Below, piece after piece: positions 56,361-64,000 of a stretch of DNA of 64,000 bases. Below the pieces are notes generated by a model. That model worked only from the letters and a program-made list of their open reading frames with translations, did no database searches and was not told where the DNA came from. This DNA is from Gemmatimonadota bacterium (GTDB lineage: Bacteria > Gemmatimonadota > Gemmatimonadetes > Palauibacterales > Palauibacteraceae), in contig JBDHIQ010000005.1 in the NCBI GenBank assembly GCA_039587395.1, positions 21,897-85,896 on the forward strand, in the 5' to 3' direction. Within the stretch, counting starts at the first letter, position 1; each line of letters starts with the position of its first letter. The translations under genes and the position numbers were made by a program.

Positions 56361-57833
56361 ATGAAGAAGATCTTTGCGGCGATTCTGATCGTCGTCGTCG
56401 CGCTGGCGGTCGTGATGCTGGTACGCGCCTCCACGATGGAGAGCCTTCAGCCTTCCGACGACATCGAGGCCGTCTCGATCTCGCTTCCTGTCGAGGAGAT
56501 TGCCGGACGATTCGCCGGTGCCCTCACCTTTCCCACGGTCTCGCCCCAGGACCCGGCCGACACCGATTCACTGGCATTCTACGGCTTGCACCACTACCTG
56601 GCGGAGACGTATCCACTCGTTCATTCACAGCTGGAGAGCGAGGCCGTCGCCCAGCTCAGCCTGCTGTTCAAATGGCCTGGCAGCGAGCCGGATCTCGAGC
56701 CGATCCTGCTGATGGGCCACCTGGACGTGGTTCCCGTCATACCCGGTACCGAGGACGATTGGGCGCACCCTCCGTTCGGAGGCGTGCAGGCGGACGGATT
56801 CGTGTGGGGCCGGGGCGCGATGGACGACAAGAGCAGCGTAATCGGGATTCTGGAAGCGACCGAGCGACTGTTGTCCGAAGGTTTCCAGCCGCGCAGGACC
56901 GTCTATCTCGCGTTCGGACATGACGAAGAGGTGGGTGGCCCAAACGGCGCCGCCAAGATAGCCGAGGTGTTGGCCGCGCGCGGCGTGGACTCCTTTGCCT
57001 TCGTTCTGGACGAAGGCGGCGCTATCGCCGAGGACATGATCCCCGGCGTCGACGGCCCGGTCGCCATCATCGGTGTCGCGGAGAAGGGGTTTCTCAGCCT
57101 CGAACTGCTCGTAGAAGGGGAGGGTGGGCACTCCTCGATGCCCCCGGACCACACGAACATCGGCATACTGGCCGCCGCGCTGACGAAGCTCGAAGACAAC
57201 CAGTTTCCCGCGCGGTTGGACGGTGCCACGGAGCAGATGTTCCAGTACCTGGCACCGGAGATGTCGCTGTTGCGGCGTGTGGTGTTCGCGAACCTGTGGC
57301 TGCTGCGTCCCGTCGTGGCGCGGTTGATGGTGAGCGAACAGTCCGGCGCCGCGATGGTGCGCACTACGACGGCGGCCACCATGATCGACGGGGGCGTCAA
57401 GGACAACGTGCTTCCCATCGACGCTCGGGCCGTCGTGAACTTCCGCATCATGCCGGGGGAGACGGTCGAGAGCGTGACGGCCCGCGTCCGCGACGTCATC
57501 GCGGACGACCGCGTACAGCTCCGCATGCTTGCGAACCAGGATCCATCGCCCGTCTCCGATGTCGGTTCCGAGGCGTTCCGTCTCCTCGGACGGACCATCA
57601 GGCAGGTCGTCGCGGATCCGAAGCTCAAGGTCGCCCCGTACCTGGTGGTTGGAGGCACGGACGCCAAGTACTACTCCGGCCGTTCGTCCAACGTGTTTCG
57701 TTTCCTGGCCTTCCGGGCCAGCGGGGAAGATCTGGAGAGAGTGCACGGGACAAACGAGCGACTCAGCCTGGAGAATCTCGATCTGAACGTCACGTACTTC
57801 TATCAGCTGCTGCGAAACGCCCACGACCTTTAG
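56361..57833 (+). CDS. M20 family peptidase (carboxypeptidase S/PM20D1-like)
   Basis: GHLDVVP, GRGAMDDK, HDEE, LDEGG, GGHSS, VHGTNE; N-terminal TM. Confidence 0.93.
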   Translation: MKKIFAAILIVVVALAVVMLVRASTMESLQPSDDIEAVSISLPVEEIAGRFAGALTFPTVSPQDPADTDSLAFYGLHHYLAETYPLVHSQLESEAVAQLSLLFKWPGSEPDLEPILLMGHLDVVPVIPGTEDDWAHPPFGGVQADGFVWGRGAMDDKSSVIGILEATERLLSEGFQPRRTVYLAFGHDEEVGGPNGAAKIAEVLAARGVDSFAFVLDEGGAIAEDMIPGVDGPVAIIGVAEKGFLSLELLVEGEGGHSSMPPDHTNIGILAAALTKLEDNQFPARLDGATEQMFQYLAPEMSLLRRVVFANLWLLRPVVARLMVSEQSGAAMVRTTTAATMIDGGVKDNVLPIDARAVVNFRIMPGETVESVTARVRDVIADDRVQLRMLANQDPSPVSDVGSEAFRLLGRTIRQVVADPKLKVAPYLVVGGTDAKYYSGRSSNVFRFLAFRASGEDLERVHGTNERLSLENLDLNVTYFYQLLRNAHDL

Positions 57834-57842
57834 GAGGCTGAC

Positions 57843-58406
57843 ATGATCCCCATCGCTTCGCTCTGGCTCGCGATTCTGCTGGCTGCCGTGCTCGTGTTCA
57901 TCGCGAGCGCCGTGGTCTGGATGGTCCTGCCGCACCACAAGAGGGACTTCAAGAAGTTCCCGAACGAGGATGCGGCGCGTGACGCGCTCCAACCCCAGGA
58001 CATGCCGCCCGGACAGTACAACATCCCACACGTGGCGGACCCATCGGAGGTGAAGAACCCTGACATGGTCAAGAAATTCGAGGGCGGACCCGTCGGCTTC
58101 TTCACCGTGCTGCCGAACGGGCTTCCCTCGATGGGGAAGAGTCTGGTGCGGTCCTTCCTCTTCTACCTGCTCGTCAGCGCCTGCGTCGCCTACGTGGCCA
58201 CACGGGCCGTGCCGGCCGGAACCGAGTACATGCGCGTGTTCCAGATCACGGGCACCATCGCCTGGATGGCCTACGGGTTCGCCGTGGTGCAGGATGCCAT
58301 CTGGTTCGGAAAGCCGTGGAGCTCCGTGTGGAAGAACCTGTTCGACGCATTCATCTACGGCTGCCTGACGGCCGGTGCCTTCAGCTGGCAGTGGCAGGTG
58401 GTGTAG
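57843..58406 (+). CDS. Conserved hypothetical membrane protein
   Basis: About 4 TM helices; GGAGG RBS; WMVLPHH, PPGQY, GPVG, IWFG. Confidence 0.8.
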   Translation: MIPIASLWLAILLAAVLVFIASAVVWMVLPHHKRDFKKFPNEDAARDALQPQDMPPGQYNIPHVADPSEVKNPDMVKKFEGGPVGFFTVLPNGLPSMGKSLVRSFLFYLLVSACVAYVATRAVPAGTEYMRVFQITGTIAWMAYGFAVVQDAIWFGKPWSSVWKNLFDAFIYGCLTAGAFSWQWQVV

Positions 58407-58453
58407 GCTTTCAAAGCCCTGCGAATGGTGGACTGCAGAGAGGATTTTCACGA

Positions 58454-58945
58454 ATGAGTGATGCCGATTTCGAGCGAGAGATAGAACGCCGGTTGAACAC
58501 GGCGCTGCGCCAGCTTTCCGTGCTGGACAACTACCTGCTGGCAAACGACGTCAACGAGCGATCGATCACCCACCGTCTGGCGGTCTATCTCCAACAGCAC
58601 TTTGACGGCTGGGACGTGGACATCGAATACGACGGGTTCGAGCAGGAACCCCACCACCTGGCCGACCTCGAGCGCCAGCTGACGGAGCTGGATCCCGATT
58701 CTCTGGTGCGCGACACGGACTGTCGCACCGTGTACCCGGACATCGTCGTGCATCACCGGGCCTCCGGAGACCACCTGCTGGTTCTGGAGATCAAGAAGAG
58801 CACCAGCCGGGTTCCCGATGCCCTGGATCGAGCCAAGCTCGAGGGATACAAGAACGACCCGGCGCAGGGTTACCGGCACGCCTGCCTCGTGAGCCTTCGG
58901 GTCGGAGAAAGTGGCCGCGAGCCATACTCGCTGGCGTTCATCTAG
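58454..58945 (+). CDS. PD-(D/E)XK nuclease-like hypothetical protein
   Basis: NERSITH (helix Glu), DIEY, YPDIVVH, VLEIKK. Confidence 0.65.
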   Translation: MSDADFEREIERRLNTALRQLSVLDNYLLANDVNERSITHRLAVYLQQHFDGWDVDIEYDGFEQEPHHLADLERQLTELDPDSLVRDTDCRTVYPDIVVHHRASGDHLLVLEIKKSTSRVPDALDRAKLEGYKNDPAQGYRHACLVSLRVGESGREPYSLAFI

Positions 58946-58970
58946 GCCGGTCCAGGGTGGCGTTGAGGCA

Positions 58971-59891
58971 GTGAAACCGGCGCTGAGGCCGCGGATGAGG
59001 TTGGCCACGCGGATGCCCATCCGGACTCTCGGTCGGGGTCTCAGGACGCTGGTCATCGTGCTGGCGTCCACCGCAGCGTGTGCGGCGCAGCAGGGCGGCC
59101 GCCTGGTCGATGTCGGGGGACACCGCCTGTACATTGACTGCCTGGGAGAGGGCGGTCCGGTCGTGGTCTTCGACGTGGGGATAGGAGAGTCCTCCGATAG
59201 CTGGCGGACTTTGCAACGCCGGCTGGCCGAAAGTACGACGGCATGCGTGTACGATCGCGCCGGCTACGGAGCCAGCGAGCCGGGTCCCGAGCCGCGTACG
59301 GCTGCCGTCGTGGCGGAAGAGCTGTACCTGCTCCTGGACGGAGCTTCCCTGCCGGGCCCCTATGTCCTCGTAGGGCATTCGCTGGGCGCTGTGCACGCGA
59401 TCGTGTTTGCGCACCGGTACCCCGATGTCACGTCGGGGCTTGTCCTGCTCGATCCGCCACCACGTGCGTTTCTGCGCGGTGAGGCGTTCCCCGACCTCAG
59501 TGACATGCTGGCTGGCGAAGCGGAGGGACTGGCGCTGGCGGCTCGTGGTGCGGCCGCTTCGGAGAACCCGGAGGAGCGCGCACAGGCCGCCTACCTGGCC
59601 GCGGTTGCCTCGGAGTACGCGGCATTGACTACCGGGACACTGCAAGAGGCCGACGCGGTGGAAACGCTGGGCGATCTGCCACTTGTCGTGCTGGGATCCG
59701 AGCTTCCGAACCCGGCGTTCGGAGAGCCGGCCGAAGCTTTCCAGGCGTTCTGGCTGGAGGAGAGCCGCACGCTGGCGGAGAAGCTGTCCGGCCGCTCCGA
59801 GTTTCACGTGACCGAGACGAGCCACCACATCCACCTGGATGCGCCGGAGACGGTACTGGCGGCGATCGAAGGCCTGTTGCACCCTGACTGA
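58971..59891 (+). CDS. Alpha/beta hydrolase (exported)
   Basis: YDRAGYG, GHSLG, SHHIH; N-terminal signal/lipobox TAAC. Confidence 0.9.
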   Translation: MKPALRPRMRLATRMPIRTLGRGLRTLVIVLASTAACAAQQGGRLVDVGGHRLYIDCLGEGGPVVVFDVGIGESSDSWRTLQRRLAESTTACVYDRAGYGASEPGPEPRTAAVVAEELYLLLDGASLPGPYVLVGHSLGAVHAIVFAHRYPDVTSGLVLLDPPPRAFLRGEAFPDLSDMLAGEAEGLALAARGAAASENPEERAQAAYLAAVASEYAALTTGTLQEADAVETLGDLPLVVLGSELPNPAFGEPAEAFQAFWLEESRTLAEKLSGRSEFHVTETSHHIHLDAPETVLAAIEGLLHPD

Positions 59892-59983
59892 CGGACCAGG
59901 GATTCAAGGCAGTCTGCTCCGATGGAGGTACGACATGGCTGGGGTGACGGGTGGCCGGGTCGAGGGGTAACCATGCTAGGACG

Positions 59984-60020
59984 CGTCTGCATTTGTGGGA
60001 ACTTCCCACAAATGCAGACG
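59984..60020. repeat. Perfect 37-bp palindrome (18-bp arms, 1-nt centre)
   Basis: CGTCTGCATTTGTGGGAA-C-TTCCCACAAATGCAGACG. Confidence 0.95.
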
Positions 60021-60090
60021 GGACATGAGGAGAAGGGCCGCGCGCGCAGCTCACCTCCCGCGAACAGCCACGGAAGAGCGACGACACCCA

Positions 60091-60933
60091 GTGACAGGAA
60101 GCAGTCAGTCAAACGGTCGCCTGGCGGACACCTTCGCCCGACTCGGTGCCGAGCATCGGGCCGCATTCATTCCGTTCCTCAGCAACGGCTTCCCGACACC
60201 CGCGGACACGCCCCGCCACCTCACCCACCTGGCGGAATGCGGAGCGGACGTCATCGAATTGGGTGTCCCGTTCAGCGATCCGCTTGCCGATGGACCGACA
60301 ATCCAAAGGTCCAGCTGGAAGGCGCTCAAGCAGGGCGTCAGCCTGGATTCGACGCTGGATCTGGTGGCCCGGATGTCGGCCGATCTGCCGCCCATCGTGC
60401 TGTTCTCGTATCTGAATCCAGTCCTCAGGATGGGCGTCGAGCGGTTTCTCGGACGAGCCGAAGAGTCCGGAGCCGCCGGTCTGCTGCTCACCGATCTGCC
60501 GGTGGGAGCGGAACCCGATCTCGAGGCCCGTCTGGCTTCGTCAGGAGTGGACCTGATCGCTCTCGTGGCCCCAACTACGCCGATCGAGCGGATCCGCCGG
60601 ATACGCGATCACTCGTCCGGGTTCCTCTACTACATCTCGAGGACGGGAGTCACCGGGGCCCGGGCCAGTCTCGATGAAGGGTTGCGAGACAAGGTCGAGG
60701 CTCTGCGCCGGGAAGTCAGCTTACCGGTTGCCGTCGGGTTCGGGATCTCGAAGCCTGAGCACGCCCGTACGGTGGCGGGGATCGCCGACGGGGTAGTGGT
60801 GGGCTCGGCCCTGATCGCCGCGCTTGAGCGGGGCGAAGACGAGTTCAAACGGCTGGCTGCGGAGCTGGCGGCGGCGACTCACGAGCCTGACTTCCAGGAG
60901 CCCGACCGGCACGAGCCCGCCCGCCACCCATGA
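60091..60933 (+). CDS. trpA: Tryptophan synthase alpha chain
   Basis: ELGVPFSDPLADGPTIQ, YLNP, LVAPTT, SRTGVTG, VGFGIS, VVGSA; probable GTG start at 60091. Confidence 0.97.
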   Translation: MTGSSQSNGRLADTFARLGAEHRAAFIPFLSNGFPTPADTPRHLTHLAECGADVIELGVPFSDPLADGPTIQRSSWKALKQGVSLDSTLDLVARMSADLPPIVLFSYLNPVLRMGVERFLGRAEESGAAGLLLTDLPVGAEPDLEARLASSGVDLIALVAPTTPIERIRRIRDHSSGFLYYISRTGVTGARASLDEGLRDKVEALRREVSLPVAVGFGISKPEHARTVAGIADGVVVGSALIAALERGEDEFKRLAAELAAATHEPDFQEPDRHEPARHP

Positions 60934-62144
60934 ACGAGTCCGAGGAGCGGTCCCGCGGCGACCTGGGGGCGGTCGCCCGGTTGTTCGGGAAGCTGGGTCT
61001 GATCGCATTCGGTGGACCGGCCGCACACATCGGGATGATGGAGGACGAGGTGGTCGAGCGTCGCGGCTGGCTCAGCCGCCAGCGCTTCCTCGACATGGTC
61101 GGCGCCACCAACCTCATCCCGGGTCCCAACTCCACCGAGATGGCGATGCACGTCGGGTACGTACGCGCCGGGTGGCGCGGGCTGTTCGTCGGCGGAGCCT
61201 GCTTCATTCTCCCCGCTGTACTCGTGACGGTGGCATTCGCCTGGGCGTACGTGCGATATGGGTCGCTACCCTCGATCACGCCGTTCATGAACGGGATCAA
61301 ACCGGCAGTCCTGGCCGTGATCCTCGCCGCAGTGTGGCGACTCGGGAAGACAGCGGTGAAGGGGCCGGCTGTGGCCGTCATCGGTCTGGCCGTCATGCTG
61401 GCGGTCCTGATAGGAGGGGTGAACGAAGTTCTTGCGCTGCTGGCCGGCGCGGTGCTTGGCGCGCTGTGGCTGATGCTGGGCAGGCGCGGAAAGGCAGGGC
61501 AGGATTCGGATCCGGGAACGGCAGCGATCGTCCCGGCCATCGGAACGGCCGTGGCATCGGCATCCACGTCCACGGCCGCGGCGCTTCCGGCCGCCAGCCT
61601 CCTGGCCGCGACCAGCGTTCCTCTGTGGAAGCTGGGTCTGTTCTTCCTCAAGGTCGGGGCGGTGCTGTACGGGAGCGGTTACGTGCTGGTGGCGTTCATG
61701 GAAGGCGATCTGGTCGAAACGTACGGTTGGCTCACACGGCCGGAGCTCCTGGATGCCATCGCCATTGGGCAGCTCACTCCCGGTCCCGTTCTGTCGACGG
61801 CAACCTTTGTGGGCTACCTGATAGCCGGTGTTCCGGGCGCCGCCGTGGCCACCTTGGCTATCTTCCTGCCCTCCTTCGCGTTCGTCTGGATACTGGCGCC
61901 CATCGTCCCCCGGCTTCGTGACTCGAGGTGGACCGCAGCTTTTCTGGACGCGGTGAACGTCAGCGCCGTGGGTCTGATGGCGGCTGTCATGATCGCTCTG
62001 TCCGGAGCGGTCCTGACCGACTGGAAGGCGTGGCTCATCGCGGTGGGCGCCACCGTGCTGGCCGTGAAGGTCAGGGTGAGCTCGATCTGGCTGGTGCTGG
62101 GCGGCGCCGTCCTGGGGTGGGTGCTCGGGGTGGGGGTCGGCTAA
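60930..62144 (+). CDS. chrA: Chromate ion transporter (long-chain CHR)
   Basis: FGGPAAHI, IPGPNST, YGSGYVL, TPGPV duplicated CHR motifs. Confidence 0.94.
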   Translation: MNESEERSRGDLGAVARLFGKLGLIAFGGPAAHIGMMEDEVVERRGWLSRQRFLDMVGATNLIPGPNSTEMAMHVGYVRAGWRGLFVGGACFILPAVLVTVAFAWAYVRYGSLPSITPFMNGIKPAVLAVILAAVWRLGKTAVKGPAVAVIGLAVMLAVLIGGVNEVLALLAGAVLGALWLMLGRRGKAGQDSDPGTAAIVPAIGTAVASASTSTAAALPAASLLAATSVPLWKLGLFFLKVGAVLYGSGYVLVAFMEGDLVETYGWLTRPELLDAIAIGQLTPGPVLSTATFVGYLIAGVPGAAVATLAIFLPSFAFVWILAPIVPRLRDSRWTAAFLDAVNVSAVGLMAAVMIALSGAVLTDWKAWLIAVGATVLAVKVRVSSIWLVLGGAVLGWVLGVGVG

Positions 62145-62177
62145 CGGCGCTCAGCCCACGACGCTACGCCGCGGCGC

Positions 62178-63917
62178 TCAGCCGTCACCCTCGGCGCGAG
62201 ACCGCAACCGCTTCACCAGCGACTCGCTCGGTTCTACGAACAACGTCTTCACCCGATCCGGCACCACAGTTCCAGGCGGTGACTTGCGAGGCTTCCGCAC
62301 GTACTTGCGGCGCGTCCAGTCCACGGCCACCGTGCCGCTATGCCGTCCACCGCTGTGGACAGCGGCCACGACGGCCGCCTCCTGCAGATCGCGCTTCGGC
62401 GGGTTTGTCTCCCTGTCTCCCCAGCGCAGGATGACGTGCGCCCCCTGCACCTGGCGGGCATGCATCCAGATGTCGTCCGGGGCAGAGTGGCGGAACGTGA
62501 GATCGTCATTCGTGCGGGCGCTGCGCCCGACGCGAATCTCGAGCCCGCCGGAGCTGCGCAGCTTGAGATAGGGAAGTCGCTCCGGCCCCGGCTGTCCTCC
62601 CCTCCGTTGCTCCGGTTTGCCTCCAACCACGGCCCACATTTCGTCCGTCGGTGAGGCACTGGCCAGCGTTTCCAATGCCGACTCGATGCGGGCCAGAGCT
62701 CGATCGACCGACGCGATCTCCGCCGGAACTCTCCGCAGCGCTCTCTCCCGGCGAGCCGCCTCCTCGAAGTAGGCGTTGGCGTTGCTCGCGGCGTCGAACG
62801 CGGGGTCCAGCTCCACCTCTTTCGGCGTGCCATCAAAGTCGGCCAACTCCACCAGGGCCATGCCGCGCGGCACCTCCCGGATTCGCGTCAATAGCAGGCT
62901 GCCGATCGCACGCAGATCTTCCGGGTCGCCCAGTTCCGCGATCTCCCGTTCGAGCGAACCGCGCCGCCGGGTGAGTCGCTTCCGGCGTGCCACTAGGGCC
63001 TTGTGCAGCTCCACGGCCTCCCCGGTCGGTTCCGATCCGGACCCATCACTCTCTTGCCCCAGCTGGCGGAGGCTCACCCCGGCTGCATGTGCGGCTTCGG
63101 CCATCGCTTCGAGCAGCGAACCGTGCTTCCGGCTGGCAGTCTCGTTCAGGCTTGCGACGTAGGGTTGAAGCCCCCAGCGCCGCTCGAGCAACCAGGCGCC
63201 CGCCGCGGCTCTCAACTCCCGGTATCGCTGGTGGGCGCGCTGCAGTTGGTCGGCGGCCCCGACCTCTTCCGACGCCGCCGATCCAAGCACATAGTCGACG
63301 TTGAGAGCGCTGACGAAGGCGAAGGTCTCCAGCGCAGTGCGCCTGCGATCCTCCGCGGGGATGTTGCCCAGAGCGCCCAGCCATTCGTCCAGGAGCGCCG
63401 GTGCCTCGGCACCGCGCCGGGCGCCTCCCGGCCTCCGGTAGATTTTGCCGGCCGCAAGCGTGCGGTCTCGCAGCTCGCGCTTCCACAGGGTTCGGCTGAT
63501 CCGGTATTCCCCCGGGGCGCTGGCCAGGGGCTCCAACAGCAGGAGGTTCCACTGGTTGGTGTGGAGCTCCAGCACGATCCGCTGTCGCTCCCGTCCCCCG
63601 GAATCCACCAGCGACAGCTCCAGGAGCCGCTCGTCGGCCGGCGTCGTCACCTCTCCCAGGATGAGCCTGCGGAACTGGACAGTCCTGGCGTCCCCCCCCT
63701 CCTGGCCGCCCACGTCCGCACCCTCCGGAGCGCCGGCCAACAGATAGCCAAACTCGGGGTGAAGGAGCGCCACCAGGTCGGGCCTGTCCGGGAACTTCAG
63801 ACTTGCTGCACGGCGCGAACGGTCCATGACAAGCGTGCGCACCTGCGCCCCTCCCCAGCCGGCGGTGATTTCGGCGGCAAGGGCTCGCACCAGCAACGGA
63901 TCGTAGCGAACGCTCAT
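62178..63917 (-). CDS. rqcH: Ribosome quality control protein RqcH/NFACT family
   Basis: NFACT-N (YDPLLV…, LELH…WNLLL), coiled coil with NANAYF, NFACT-R (VGRSARTNDDLT, WMHARQVQGAHV). Confidence 0.85.
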   Translation of the reverse strand: MSVRYDPLLVRALAAEITAGWGGAQVRTLVMDRSRRAASLKFPDRPDLVALLHPEFGYLLAGAPEGADVGGQEGGDARTVQFRRLILGEVTTPADERLLELSLVDSGGRERQRIVLELHTNQWNLLLLEPLASAPGEYRISRTLWKRELRDRTLAAGKIYRRPGGARRGAEAPALLDEWLGALGNIPAEDRRRTALETFAFVSALNVDYVLGSAASEEVGAADQLQRAHQRYRELRAAAGAWLLERRWGLQPYVASLNETASRKHGSLLEAMAEAAHAAGVSLRQLGQESDGSGSEPTGEAVELHKALVARRKRLTRRRGSLEREIAELGDPEDLRAIGSLLLTRIREVPRGMALVELADFDGTPKEVELDPAFDAASNANAYFEEAARRERALRRVPAEIASVDRALARIESALETLASASPTDEMWAVVGGKPEQRRGGQPGPERLPYLKLRSSGGLEIRVGRSARTNDDLTFRHSAPDDIWMHARQVQGAHVILRWGDRETNPPKRDLQEAAVVAAVHSGGRHSGTVAVDWTRRKYVRKPRKSPPGTVVPDRVKTLFVEPSESLVKRLRSRAEGDG

Positions 63918-64000
63918 CGATCGCTTCCACTGTTCGGCACGAGCAGATCCTGTCTTTCACGCAAGGGATTGGAGACGGACTTCACCCGAGGGTATATTCG

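Noticed and set aside
59922-60090. trp attenuator leader (MEVRHGWGDGW…) before the palindrome
   Set aside because: Trp codons are not tandem, the frame is a long shadow ORF rather than a short leader, and the hairpin has no U-tract
1-64000. tRNA, rRNA, prophage, IS elements, known defence operons
   Set aside because: No cloverleaf or rRNA-like stretches and no transposase, integrase or phage structural motifs found by eye; a tRNAscan/Rfam/ISfinder run would confirm

Overview
High-GC bacterial chromosome segment, probably Gemmatimonadota (inferred from gene content and order, not proven). Densely coding, about 60 genes. Housekeeping genes: ftsY, recG, asnS, maf, msrA, mazG, alr, cdd, miaB, comEC, fbp, add, purB/purC/purF, htrA, truA, lexA, a fragmented trpD..trpCFB..trpA set, chrA and rqcH. 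These are interleaved with many exported peptidases/hydrolases and conserved hypotheticals. I found no tRNA, rRNA, CRISPR array, integrase or transposase. Main observations: (1) a compact presenilin/SPP-like GxGD intramembrane protease, stop/start-coupled to a secreted HEXXH gluzincin and a single-pass membrane protein (candidate bacterial regulated-proteolysis module); (2) a CC-tailed small protein + ArsA/Get3-like ATPase + CstA transporter module coupled to trpD; (3) four CCGAA direct repeats overlapping the lexA promoter (candidate SOS box); (4) a perfect 37-bp palindrome upstream of trpA; (5) a small beta-grasp-like protein behind a 5'-nucleotidase; (6) four apparent frameshift/deletion lesions that may be assembly errors.
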